Of a stretch of 36,456 nt of DNA, positions 1 to 9,131 are shown one piece after another (the first letter of the stretch is position 1; each line of letters begins with the position of its first letter). The stretch is taken from NCBI GenBank assembly GCA_007129775.1, contig SKUV01000260.1, forward strand, positions 1 to 36,456, in the 5' to 3' direction. The notes under the pieces were generated by a model. It had not been told where the DNA came from and did not search any database. It was given only the letters and a program-made list of their open reading frames with translations. A program made the position numbers and the translations under genes. Source of the stretch: Paracoccaceae bacterium. Lineage in GTDB: Bacteria > Pseudomonadota > Alphaproteobacteria > Rhodobacterales > Rhodobacteraceae.

Positions 1-32
1 GGAGCCTGCCCCGGAGCCTGCCCCGGAGCCTG
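1..32. repeat. 12-bp tandem repeat GGAGCCTGCCCC (~2.7 copies, may extend past the window edge)
   Basis: Read directly from bases 1-32; one frame gives EPAPEPAPEP. Confidence 0.8.
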
Positions 33-98
33 ACGCGGCGTTCACCGGGCCGGCGGGAATTGCACCATTGCGAAGGCGTGGCGCCGCCGCAGGCTCCC

Positions 99-1214
99 TT
101 AGCGCCCGTCCCGGGCGTCTGACAGCGCGCCGGGCAGGGCGTCTGCGAACGCATCCAGATCTGCTGGCGTGCCGGCGCTCACCCTGATGCAGCGGTCGAG
201 CGGCGCGACCCCGGGCATCCGCACGAATATGTCGCGCGCCATCAGCCCGCGCAGCACGGCGCGCGCGAAATCCCCGTCACGGCCGCAATCCATCGTCACG
301 AAATTGGTGGCCGACGGCAGCGCGGCCAGCCCGTGCCCCTCTGCGATCCCGGCCAGCCGACCGCGCGCGCTGGCGACCCGCTTCTGCACCTGCGCCAACC
401 AGTCGGCATCCTGCAACGCCGCCAGCGCCCCGGCCTGACTGATGCGGGAAATGCCGAAATGGTTGCGCACCTTGTCGAAAGCCGCGATCAGTGGGGCCGT
501 GCCGATGGCATAGCCCACCCGGGCGCCGGCCAGCCCGTGCGCCTTGGAAAAGGTACGCAGCCGGATCACGCGCGGATCTTCCGGCGTCAGGGGCGGGATC
601 GTGCCCGCCGGCGCGAATTCGCAATAGGCCTCGTCGAGCAGCAACAGCGTGCCCGGCGGCATGTTGTCGATCATCGCGCCGATGGTGGCCGCGCTGTGCC
701 AACTCCCCATCGGGTTGTCGGGGTTCGAAAGATAGAGAATCCGGGCGCGCACCGCCGCAGCGGCCTCGATCAGCGCCTCGGGGTCTTCGTGATCGTCACG
801 AAACGGAACGCGGTGCAGCACCCCTCCGAAGCCCGCCACATGGTAGTCGAAGGTCGGATAGGCCCCCGCCGAGGTGACGACCGCGTCGCCCGGCTCCACC
901 AGCAGCCGCACGAGGTTGCCCAAGAGCCCGTCGATCCCCTCGCCAAGGGTGATGTTGGCGGGATCGATGCCGTGATGGGCGGCCAGTGCGGAGCGCAGAT
1001 CGTGGTTTTCGCTGTCGCCATACATCCATGCCTCGGCGGCAGCCGCGCGCATGGCGGCGATGGCGCCGGGCGCGGGGCCGAAGACGCTTTCATTCGCGCC
1101 CAGACGCGCCCGGAACCGCCGGCCCGAGGCGCGCATATGCGCTTCTGGCCCGACGAAGGGCACAGTCGCGGGCAGATCGGCGACGATACGGGTGAACCTT
1201 GGCGCATGGGGCAT
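99..1214 (-). CDS. PLP-dependent aminotransferase class I/II (HisC-like)
   Basis: LGANES, NPDNPMG, DEAY and RTFSKAHGLAGARVGY (PLP lysine) motifs; 371 aa. Confidence 0.9.
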   Translation of the reverse strand: MPHAPRFTRIVADLPATVPFVGPEAHMRASGRRFRARLGANESVFGPAPGAIAAMRAAAAEAWMYGDSENHDLRSALAAHHGIDPANITLGEGIDGLLGNLVRLLVEPGDAVVTSAGAYPTFDYHVAGFGGVLHRVPFRDDHEDPEALIEAAAAVRARILYLSNPDNPMGSWHSAATIGAMIDNMPPGTLLLLDEAYCEFAPAGTIPPLTPEDPRVIRLRTFSKAHGLAGARVGYAIGTAPLIAAFDKVRNHFGISRISQAGALAALQDADWLAQVQKRVASARGRLAGIAEGHGLAALPSATNFVTMDCGRDGDFARAVLRGLMARDIFVRMPGVAPLDRCIRVSAGTPADLDAFADALPGALSDARDGR

Positions 1215-1501
1215 GGTCGGGCTTTTCCTGTCTCTGCCCGGCGGCGCCGGGCCTGTTTTCGCTCTGCGGCCGCCATAGTCAATTCGGGGCCAGAATACGA
1301 GGCCCGAGCCGCGACCGGGGCAATGTCCCGCTGACAGGCTGACGCGAAGTTACCCGCCGGGGTGCGACAAATGCGCCAACTTCCTCTGGTGTCGGGCCCT
1401 CACTTCCCATATTCCACCTGTTGTTCACGGCGGCGCCTTGCCGCCGGCCCGCACTGCTGAACTGCACCTGGCGCCGGGGAACCACCGGCTTCGTCATCGT
1501 G

Positions 1502-2116
1502 ATGGACAAGACCACCCTGCGGCTACTGATCGCCGACGACCATGAACTGGTTCTGGACACGCTTGCGCATTTTCTGAATGCGCAGGACGGTATCTCCGTC
1601 ACCACCGCGCAATCGCAGCCCGAAGTGCTGGAGCGGATCGCCCAGGATCCGCCATTCGACCTTGTGGTGCTGGATTACCAGATGCCGGGGATGGACGGGC
1701 TCGACGGGCTTACAGCGACGCTGTCTGCAAGCCCGGCACGGGTTGCTGTCATGTCCGGCAGCACCGGTTGGCCGCTGATCGAGCGGGCGCTTGAGCGCGG
1801 CGCCCATGGCTTCATCCCCAAGACCCTGCCGGCGCAATCATTCCTCGACGCCGTGCGCCGCATCGTCGCCGGCGAGGTTCATGTGCCGGCCGAGGGCCTG
1901 ACGAGTGCCGGCCCGCAGGAGGCCGCCGCCTTCAAGCCCGTGGAACTGGATGTGCTGATACATCTGTGCGAGGGCCGGCCGAACAAGGCGATCGCCCATG
2001 CGCTCGGACTGACCGAAGTCACGGTCAAGATGCATGTGAAATCGATCTGCGGAAAACTGGGCGCGGCCAACCGGACCCAGGCGGTGATCATCGCCAAACG
2101 CGAGCACATCATCTGA
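1502..2116 (+). CDS. NarL/FixJ-family response regulator (REC + LuxR-type HTH)
   Basis: LLIADDH and VLDYQMPGMDG receiver motifs; C-terminal GRPNKAIAHALGLTEVTVKMHV HTH; start taken as ATG 1502. Confidence 0.9.
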   Translation: MDKTTLRLLIADDHELVLDTLAHFLNAQDGISVTTAQSQPEVLERIAQDPPFDLVVLDYQMPGMDGLDGLTATLSASPARVAVMSGSTGWPLIERALERGAHGFIPKTLPAQSFLDAVRRIVAGEVHVPAEGLTSAGPQEAAAFKPVELDVLIHLCEGRPNKAIAHALGLTEVTVKMHVKSICGKLGAANRTQAVIIAKREHII

Positions 2117-2312
2117 AGCGGCGGGCCGCAGCGCCGCGGCCCTGAAAGCCGTCCGCGCCATCGCAACACGAGCGCTGCTTCGCGGCGGTCACCGGGCAGG
2201 CCGGGAGTGGGCGTTGCAATGTTGGCAAGCCGCTGATCGAAAGCATCGGCTGCGCAGGAACACCGATGCGCCCAACGTCACGGCGGCAAGGCCCTGCACC
2301 AGGCTTCCGGCC

Positions 2313-3338
2313 TCAGCGCGCGGCGCCGCCGAAGCCATCCCGCCATTCGGCCCGGCGTGCCCAGACCTCTGCCCAGATCGCCGCCTGTTCCGCCAGACGT
2401 TCCGAGCGGCGCAGCCGGGCACCGAGCCCGTAGCCGATACGCCGCGACAAGGGCCAGAGCCGGAACAGCCACAGCCCGGCAGCGCGGCTGCGGCGCGGGA
2501 AGTGCCGCGCGATAAGTTCCATCTTGGCGCGCATCAGCCGCACCACCTTGTCCGACCGCACCGCCTGACTGGCGCCGCCGTGGTGGATGATCGTGGCCTC
2601 GGGCGTCACCATCGGGCGCGCGCCCAGCGCGGCAGCGCGCAGGCACAGATCCACCTCTTCGCCATACATGGTGAAGGCGGGATCGAACCCGCCCAGACTG
2701 TCCCAGAACTCGCGCCGGATCAGCAGAAAACACCCCGTGACGATATCGACACTGCGGACAGTGTCCCGGGGCCAGTCACCGTAGAATTCCGAATTGAAAA
2801 GCGCCGAGCCCCGGAAAACCCGGTTGAGCCCCGTCACCCGGCAGAACACCGACCAGAGCGTCATCCGCGCAAAGCACGAGGTCGGGTTCAGCGTGCCATC
2901 GGCGTAAAGCGTGCGGCCGCCCCAGATGCCGGCTTGCGGGTGGGCGCGGGCAAAGGCCATGACCCGGTCGATCGCGCCCCCCAGCACCACGGTATCGGGG
3001 TTCAGCAGCAACAGCCACGGCGCCCGGGTATGGGCGAGAGCGATCTCATGCGCCGGCCCGAAGCCGTGGTTCACCTCCTCGCGGATCAGGCGGATATCGG
3101 GATGGGCCCGGGCGATGGCCTCGGCCGAGCCGTCGGTGGAGGCATTGTCCACGACGATGATCTCGTGCGGCAAGCGGGTCTCGGAACGTGCCGAGGCGAT
3201 GGCCGCGAGCGTCATCTCGCGCGTGTTGAAGCTGATGATGATGATCGCAAGATCGGGGGTTTCGCCGGGGCGGGGCGCCGGCTCTGCACCCGCCGCCGGG
3301 GCGGTTCTGGCCGCTGTCTGCGCGGTCTGCTCCGTCAT
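2313..3338 (-). CDS. Glycosyltransferase family 2
   Basis: IIISFN, IIVVDNASTDGS, LLLNPD and GGFDPAFTMYGEEVDLC motifs; ATG 3338 overlaps the upstream stop (ATGA) and follows a GGAGGGAG RBS. Confidence 0.9.
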   Translation of the reverse strand: MTEQTAQTAARTAPAAGAEPAPRPGETPDLAIIIISFNTREMTLAAIASARSETRLPHEIIVVDNASTDGSAEAIARAHPDIRLIREEVNHGFGPAHEIALAHTRAPWLLLLNPDTVVLGGAIDRVMAFARAHPQAGIWGGRTLYADGTLNPTSCFARMTLWSVFCRVTGLNRVFRGSALFNSEFYGDWPRDTVRSVDIVTGCFLLIRREFWDSLGGFDPAFTMYGEEVDLCLRAAALGARPMVTPEATIIHHGGASQAVRSDKVVRLMRAKMELIARHFPRRSRAAGLWLFRLWPLSRRIGYGLGARLRRSERLAEQAAIWAEVWARRAEWRDGFGGAAR

Positions 3339-4312
3339 GGCAGGCTCCCTCCGCCTTTGCGCCAGCCCTCGGCAAGGGCGCGGCGATCGGCCCCGAAGGC
3401 CAGTTGCAGCATCCGCCGGGCGCGATGCAGCCGGATTCGCCACAGCACGCCAAAGGCGGCCAGCCGCTGGTCGCGCCCGCTCAGCCGGTCGCTGCGCGCG
3501 ATGCGCAGCGCCTCAGGCAGGGGCGAGGCGGCGACGGCCAGCGCCCGCAGACCCCAGCGCAGCCATGCCCCCGCACCCCGGACCTGCGCGAAATCATGGG
3601 CCACCACCCGGTCCCATTTCCGCGCCAGTTCGGCAAGGCTCATTCGCGCCGGTGTCAGGATCAGTGCATCGGGCAGATAGGCCATAGGGATACCCAGCGC
3701 ATGGGCGCGCTGGCCCCAGTCGCGATCTTCGGCCATGTCGAGCCCGCAAAAGCCGCCCACACGGCCGAAGACTTCGGCCCGCATGGCGAGGTTGAGCGTC
3801 GCCGCATAGCGGTCGCGCCGGATATAGAGCGACTGGCGGTAGCCATAGACCATCTCGAAGGCCTCGATCGCATCGGGCCGCGGCCCGCGCAGGGCGATCC
3901 CCACCGCCCCGCCGATCACCGGCGCGGCATCCGGGCGGGCGAAATGTCGGGCGATGGCCGCGATCCAGCCGGGATCGGCGATACCGTCGGAATCGGTGAA
4001 GGCCAGCACCCCGCCCCGCGCCACCGCGGCGCCGGCATTGCGCGCGGGCCCCGGGCCGGGCTCGGGCTGTGACACGACGCGCAGGCCGGGACGGCCGAGA
4101 ATCGTCGCCGGCAGCGGTGCGCGCGAGCCGTTGTCGGCCACGATCACCTCGACGCGCACTCCGTGGGCCTCCTGCGCCTCCAGACTGTCCAGAAGCCGCG
4201 CCAGCGCCTCTGGCTGGTCCAGATGGGGCACGATAACGCTGATGTCAGGCGCTTCCGCGCCAACAGGCGGGGCCGGTTCGCTTGGGGCCGGTTCGCTTGG
4301 GGCCGGTGTCAT
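3335..4312 (-). CDS. Glycosyltransferase family 2
   Basis: ISVIVP, VIVADNGS, GPGPARNAG, FTDSD and AEDRDW motifs. Confidence 0.9.
   Translation of the reverse strand: MTPAPSEPAPSEPAPPVGAEAPDISVIVPHLDQPEALARLLDSLEAQEAHGVRVEVIVADNGSRAPLPATILGRPGLRVVSQPEPGPGPARNAGAAVARGGVLAFTDSDGIADPGWIAAIARHFARPDAAPVIGGAVGIALRGPRPDAIEAFEMVYGYRQSLYIRRDRYAATLNLAMRAEVFGRVGGFCGLDMAEDRDWGQRAHALGIPMAYLPDALILTPARMSLAELARKWDRVVAHDFAQVRGAGAWLRWGLRALAVAASPLPEALRIARSDRLSGRDQRLAAFGVLWRIRLHRARRMLQLAFGADRRALAEGWRKGGGSLP
4269..4307. repeat. 15-bp coding tandem repeat (PAPSE x2.6) at the GT2 N-terminus
   Basis: GGGGCCGGTTCGCTT at 4269-4283 and 4284-4298, partial third copy to 4307. Confidence 0.85.
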
Positions 4313-4321
4313 GCGAGGGGC

Positions 4322-5122
4322 CTAGCGCGCCGGCTTGCGGCCGATGGGCAGCGCCTCGTGCGGGTTGAGGTGCAGCGCCGCGGCGCGCGCGGTGTCGGCG
4401 ACATAGGGCTCGTAAAGCGCGGCCTCAAAGCCCGCTTCGGCCATCCTGTGCAGGAAATCGTCGCGATCATAGATGCGCACATGATCCCACTGGCCAAAGC
4501 GGCGGTCCTGTTCGGCGGGGTCCGAAATGCCCGGTTCTTCCTCGGTGCCCTTGCCGTCCATCGCGTAGGGCGTAAGCAGCAGCGCCCGCCCGCCGGGCCG
4601 CAGGATGCGGAACAATTCACGAAAAGCGGCGCGGTCGTCGGGGATATGCTCCAGCACATGGCTGCAGATGATGACGTCGAATGACTCGTCGGGGAAGGGG
4701 GCGGCGGTCAGATCGGCCGACTGTATCCCCTCAATATGGCGATAGCGCGCGGCGTCGATATCGGTGGCCACGTAATCCACCTGCGGCTGGCGCCTGAGCC
4801 ACAGGTAAAGCCCGTAATCCGGCGCCACGTGCAGCACCCGCGCGGGCGTCCGGCCGATGCCCGCCTCGGTCGCGAGGTAATACATCATCATCCGTGTGCG
4901 GTCGGCCCCGTGGCAGACCGGGCAGCGGTCACGCTCGCGCCGCATCCCGCCGACGACCTTGCGCGCCTCCAGCACCTCCGCGCCGCCGCCATGGGCGCGG
5001 TATTCTCGGATACTGCTCTGACACAGGGGGCAGCGATGGGCGGCGCCGTAGAAAAGCGCCTTGCGCAGCCCGAACCGCACGGGCTGGGGCAGGATGTTGG
5101 TGAAGGTTCGTAAACGGGCCAT
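4322..5122 (-). CDS. Class I SAM-dependent methyltransferase with an N-terminal CxxC..CxxC pair
   Basis: VLHVAP, ADLTAAPFPDESFDVIICSHVLEH and LRPGG motifs; CPLC and CPVC; start taken as ATG 5122. Confidence 0.85.
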   Translation of the reverse strand: MARLRTFTNILPQPVRFGLRKALFYGAAHRCPLCQSSIREYRAHGGGAEVLEARKVVGGMRRERDRCPVCHGADRTRMMMYYLATEAGIGRTPARVLHVAPDYGLYLWLRRQPQVDYVATDIDAARYRHIEGIQSADLTAAPFPDESFDVIICSHVLEHIPDDRAAFRELFRILRPGGRALLLTPYAMDGKGTEEEPGISDPAEQDRRFGQWDHVRIYDRDDFLHRMAEAGFEAALYEPYVADTARAAALHLNPHEALPIGRKPAR

Positions 5123-5233
5123 GGGTCTCGCTCCGGTCGGATCGGGCGCAGAAAGCCGGAGCAAGGTGATCAAATTATGTCGGAACTGGGGGGATACGGC
5201 GAAGTCGCGTCCGGCCCGGTCATACTTCCCCGG

Positions 5234-5989
5234 TCATACTTCGGGCGCCACGCGGTAGTGATAGGCGGTGACCTCTGTCATGCCCAGCCCCTCGTAAAGG
5301 CCGCGCGCGGCCGCGTTCTGCTCGGTCACCGCAAGGGCGAGCCACGCCGCCCCCTCGCCCGCGGCCCAGTCGGCGGCGCCCTGCATCAGGTTGCGCGCCG
5401 CGCCCTTGCGCTGCAGCGCCGGTGCGACCTGCATCGCATGCAGCATGGCAATACGCCCGTGGCATGCGACAAAGGCCACCCCCGCCGGGCGATCGGAGAT
5501 GCGCGCCAGAAGCGCGGTCTTCGGCCCGGTCACCCGCGCCATCACCGCCTGCCGCGCGTCCCCGATGCCATGGTCGGCCCAGATCCGGCGCTGGATCGCC
5601 AGCGGCGGCCAGAGCGGAAAATAGCGCAGCCCCGCCGGTTCCTCCGACCGCAAGTGGCCCACCGGCGCGGCAAGCAGGATCGTCGGGTCATGCCGGGCAT
5701 AGCCCCGCGCCGCCAGCAGATCATCGAGCGCGCCATCCCACGGGCAGGCCCCGGACCGCAACCGGAAGACCGGCCGCCGCCCCGCCGCGCGCAGCGCCGC
5801 CTCTGCCGCATCAAGCGCGCCCTCATCCGCCGGCGCCTCGGCCGTGGCGGCCGTTACCCGCCCGCCGCCGCCTTCAGCGCCCTCGCGCAGGGCGAAGGGT
5901 CCGATCCTGCGCACTGCTTCCGGGGGCCAAGTGGCGTCCAGCGCGGCGATGTATTCGGCCGGGGCAGGCGGGTCGGGCGAAGCGGTCAC
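5234..5989 (-). CDS. GNAT family N-acetyltransferase
   Basis: VAPALQRKGAA acetyl-CoA motif; NAAARGLYEGLG. Confidence 0.85.
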   Translation of the reverse strand: MTASPDPPAPAEYIAALDATWPPEAVRRIGPFALREGAEGGGGRVTAATAEAPADEGALDAAEAALRAAGRRPVFRLRSGACPWDGALDDLLAARGYARHDPTILLAAPVGHLRSEEPAGLRYFPLWPPLAIQRRIWADHGIGDARQAVMARVTGPKTALLARISDRPAGVAFVACHGRIAMLHAMQVAPALQRKGAARNLMQGAADWAAGEGAAWLALAVTEQNAAARGLYEGLGMTEVTAYHYRVAPEV

Positions 5990-6720
5990 CGCCGCACATC
6001 CTCGGGAAACATCGCGGCCAGCCGCAGGATCGCGGCATCCACCGCGGCCCGGTCCTCGCCCCGGATGACGATCTGGGCGCCGAGCACGCCGTCACGCTGA
6101 AACGGGTAGGACCCCATGGACAGGCCCGGAAACTCGCGCGCCAGGCCACTCAACGGCGTGGCGATCTCGCCCTCGCCGCGCTCGATCCGCAGGCTCTGGG
6201 AATAGAGCGGCGTGCCCCCGGTCAGCCCCGGCAGGACAGAGGCGAGCATGGCCTCGAAAATCGCCGGCACCCCGGCCATCACATGGACATTGCCGATGCT
6301 GAAGCCCGGCGCCGCCGAAATCGGATTGTCGATCAGGCAGGCGCCCTCGGGGATGCGGGCCATGCGCAGCCGCGCGGCGTTCAGCTCCCCCCCGCTGCGT
6401 TCGTAATGCTGTTCCAGCAGGGCGCGGGCATCGTCGCGCACATCGATCGCCACGCCGAAGGCGGCGGCCACGGCATCGGCGGTGATGTCGTCATGGGTCG
6501 GCCCGATCCCGCCCGAGGTGAAGACATGCGCCCATTTATCCCGCAACGCGTTCAGCGCTGCCGCGATGGCATCGTGATCGTCGGGCACGATGCGGACCTC
6601 GCACAAATCGATCCCGTGGCGTGACAGCGCGCCGGCCAGATGGTGCATGTTGGCATCGCGCGTGCGGCCCGACAGGATCTCGTCGCCGATCACCAGCATG
6701 GCGGCGGTGGGGTTGGGCAT
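5986..6720 (-). CDS. CinA N-terminal-like / molybdopterin-binding (MoCF) domain protein
   Basis: IGDEILSGRTRDAN, SGGIGPTHDDIT and MAGVP motifs. Confidence 0.88.
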   Translation of the reverse strand: MPNPTAAMLVIGDEILSGRTRDANMHHLAGALSRHGIDLCEVRIVPDDHDAIAAALNALRDKWAHVFTSGGIGPTHDDITADAVAAAFGVAIDVRDDARALLEQHYERSGGELNAARLRMARIPEGACLIDNPISAAPGFSIGNVHVMAGVPAIFEAMLASVLPGLTGGTPLYSQSLRIERGEGEIATPLSGLAREFPGLSMGSYPFQRDGVLGAQIVIRGEDRAAVDAAILRLAAMFPEDVRR

Positions 6721-6763
6721 GGTCTTCGCGCTCCTCGTCGGATTTCCGGTCTGGCCGGGCGGC

Positions 6764-6792
6764 TTGCCGCGCTGGCTCCGGTTTTCTATAGG
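6764..6792 (+). promoter_or_regulatory. Putative sigma70 promoter of sfsA (probably leaderless transcript)
   Basis: TTGCCG-N17-TATAGG ending 8 nt before ATG 6801; no SD present. Confidence 0.55.
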
Positions 6793-6800
6793 TCCGGGCG

Positions 6801-7532
6801 ATGCGCTTTCAAACCCCCCTCGTGCCCGCGCGGCTGATCCGCCGCTACAAGCGATTTCTTTGCGATATGGTGCTGGAGGCGACGGGGCAGGAGGTCACCG
6901 CCCATTGCCCCAACCCCGGGGCCATGATCGGGCTGGCGGAGCCGGGCCTGCGCTGCTGGCTGGAGCCCAATGACGACCCCAGGCGCAAGCTGCGCTTTGC
7001 ATGGCGGCTGGTGGACCTGCCGGGCGGCCACCGCGCCGGCATCGACGCGACACTGCCCAACCGGCTGGTGGCCGGGGCGCTGCAGGCCGGGCGCATCGCC
7101 GAGCTGACAGGATATGCCGACATCCGTGCCGAGGTGCGCTATGGCGCGCGCTCGCGGGTGGATTTCCTGCTGTCGGGCGGCGCGGGGCCGCCGGTCTGGC
7201 TGGAGGTCAAGAACGTCCATCTGCGCCGCGGCGATGACTGGGCCGAGTTTCCCGATTGCGTCACTGCGCGCGGCACGCGCCACCTGCGGGAGCTGGCGCA
7301 GCGCGTGGCGGCGGGCGATCGGGCGGTTATGCTCTATGTGGTGCAACGCAGCGATTGCGCGCGACTGCGCATCGCCGGCGATCTCGACCCTGCATATGCC
7401 ACCGCCTTCGACGCAGCCCGCGCCGACGGGGTCGAAATGCTGGCCTATGGCACCACGCTCTCGCCGCAGGGCGTGGCAATTGCCGGGCCGATTGCGGTCG
7501 ATCCGGGCCCGCAACACATCCCGCCGGCGTGA
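6801..7532 (+). CDS. sfsA: DNA/RNA nuclease SfsA
   Basis: RRYKRFL, HCPNPGAM, SRVDFLL, EVKNV and FPDCVTARG motifs. Confidence 0.93.
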   Translation: MRFQTPLVPARLIRRYKRFLCDMVLEATGQEVTAHCPNPGAMIGLAEPGLRCWLEPNDDPRRKLRFAWRLVDLPGGHRAGIDATLPNRLVAGALQAGRIAELTGYADIRAEVRYGARSRVDFLLSGGAGPPVWLEVKNVHLRRGDDWAEFPDCVTARGTRHLRELAQRVAAGDRAVMLYVVQRSDCARLRIAGDLDPAYATAFDAARADGVEMLAYGTTLSPQGVAIAGPIAVDPGPQHIPPA

Positions 7533-7551
7533 CACCGCACGCCGGCGCAGG

Positions 7552-9021
7552 TCAGAGCGTGATGCGGTTGAGCAGATGAAACAGCCCCGCCGACAGCAGC
7601 GCCGCCGCCGGCACGGTGACCACCCAGGCCGCGATGATGGTCAGGAAATGCGACCGGCGGACCAGCTTGCGCCGCGCCCGTTCCTCTATCGGCAGGCCGC
7701 CGGTGCCACGATCCTTGCGCAGAACGTTCTCGGCATACCATTCGCGAAAGAACCCGACGCCGAAGATTCCGCCGATGGCGATATGGGTCGAACTCACGGG
7801 CAGGCCCAGCCACGAGGCGATGATCACCGTGATCGCCGCCGCCAGCGCCACGCAATAGGCTCGCATGGCGTTGAGCTTGGTGATCTCGCTGCCCACCATC
7901 CGGATCAGCTTGGGGCCGAACAGGATCAGCCCCACCGACAGGCCCACCCCGCCGATCAGCATGACCCAGAGCGGGATGGTCACCCGGTCCGCGCCTTCGC
8001 CCTCCTGCACCGCATGCACAATCGCGGCGAGCGGGCCCACTGCGTTGGCCACATCGTTGGCGCCATGGGCAAAGGACAACAGGCCCGCCGAAAACACCAG
8101 CGGGATCGCGAAAAGCGCCTTGAGCGAGCGGTTCCGGTTTTCGAGCCCCTCGCTCTGGCGCGCGATCACCGGACGCATGGCGAAGGTCATCGCCACGCCG
8201 ACAACCACCCCGATCAGAACGGCGGTGCCAAGGTCGATCCGCACGATCCGGTTCACGCCCTTGATCGCCAGATAGGTGGCGAAAGTGCCCGCCATCACCC
8301 CGATCAGCACCGGCACCCAGACCCGCGCTGCCGCGATCTTGTCGGGCACATAGATGATGCGGGCATTGATGAAGGCCAGAAACGCCGCCGCGATCACCCC
8401 ACCCATGAGGGGCGAGATCACCCAGCTTGCCGCGATGGCCGCCATCGTGGGCCAGTTCACCGCCGCGAACCCGGCCGCGGCGATCCCTGCCCCCATCACA
8501 CCGCCAACGATGGAATGGGTGGTCGAGACCGGCGCGCCGATCAGGGTGGCGAGGTTGATCCACAGCGCCGCGGCCAGCAACGCGCCCATCATCGCCCATA
8601 TGAAGGTCTGCCCGTCGGCCACGCTTTCGGGCGCGATGATCCCGCGCGACACGGTGCCGACCACCTCGCCGCCCGCCAGCAGCGCGCCGGCGGTTTCGCA
8701 GATCGCCGCGATCACCAGCGCACCGCCCAGCGTCAGGGCGCGCGCGCCCACCGCCGGGCCCATGTTGTTGGCCACATCGTTGGCCCCGATGTTCAGCGCC
8801 ATATAGGCGCCGATAACCGCGGCGATGACGACCACATAGCCCATCGGCTCGCCACCCGCGAAGACCATCGCGGCCAGCCCGACCACCACCATGAAGGCCA
8901 GCGCGATGCCGGGTGCGACCAGCGGGCGTGCCACCGACTGGGTCGCCAGTTCCAGTGCCCCGATCCGCCCGAGGTCGGTATCGAGGGTCTTGACGGGTTT
9001 GTCCGGGGAGATCTGGGTCAC
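7552..9021 (-). CDS. pit: PiT-family inorganic phosphate transporter
   Basis: Two GANDVAN signatures plus PVSTTH/PVSSTH; highly hydrophobic; GTG start. Confidence 0.93.
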   Translation of the reverse strand: MTQISPDKPVKTLDTDLGRIGALELATQSVARPLVAPGIALAFMVVVGLAAMVFAGGEPMGYVVVIAAVIGAYMALNIGANDVANNMGPAVGARALTLGGALVIAAICETAGALLAGGEVVGTVSRGIIAPESVADGQTFIWAMMGALLAAALWINLATLIGAPVSTTHSIVGGVMGAGIAAAGFAAVNWPTMAAIAASWVISPLMGGVIAAAFLAFINARIIYVPDKIAAARVWVPVLIGVMAGTFATYLAIKGVNRIVRIDLGTAVLIGVVVGVAMTFAMRPVIARQSEGLENRNRSLKALFAIPLVFSAGLLSFAHGANDVANAVGPLAAIVHAVQEGEGADRVTIPLWVMLIGGVGLSVGLILFGPKLIRMVGSEITKLNAMRAYCVALAAAITVIIASWLGLPVSSTHIAIGGIFGVGFFREWYAENVLRKDRGTGGLPIEERARRKLVRRSHFLTIIAAWVVTVPAAALLSAGLFHLLNRITL

Positions 9022-9043
9022 GCCTGGCCCTGCTGCGGCGGTC

Positions 9044-9061
9044 TTGTCATGGAACCGTTAC
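9044..9061 (+). promoter_or_regulatory. PHO-box-like motif, antisense to pit
   Basis: TTGTCAT-GGAA-CCGTTAC versus consensus CTGTCAT-N4-CTGTCAC (3 mismatches). Confidence 0.45.
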
Positions 9062-9072
9062 AATCCGACGGA

Positions 9073-9101
9073 CCCTTAGCGCCGAACCGACGGCGCGGCA
9101 A
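9073..9101 (-). promoter_or_regulatory. Putative sigma70 promoter of pit
   Basis: TTGCCG-N17-TAAGGG on the minus strand, with GC preceding the -10 as in alphaproteobacterial housekeeping promoters. Confidence 0.5.
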
Positions 9102-9131
9102 GCCTGCGCGGCTCTAGCAGGCAGTCCCGGC

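Noticed and set aside
7114-9117. 667-aa plus-strand ORF and similar long ORFs (2214-3680, 13574-15118, 18085-19563, 33986-35698)
   Set aside because: Antisense or off-frame shadows of well-supported genes in high-GC DNA; Arg/Pro/Gly-rich with no recognisable motifs.
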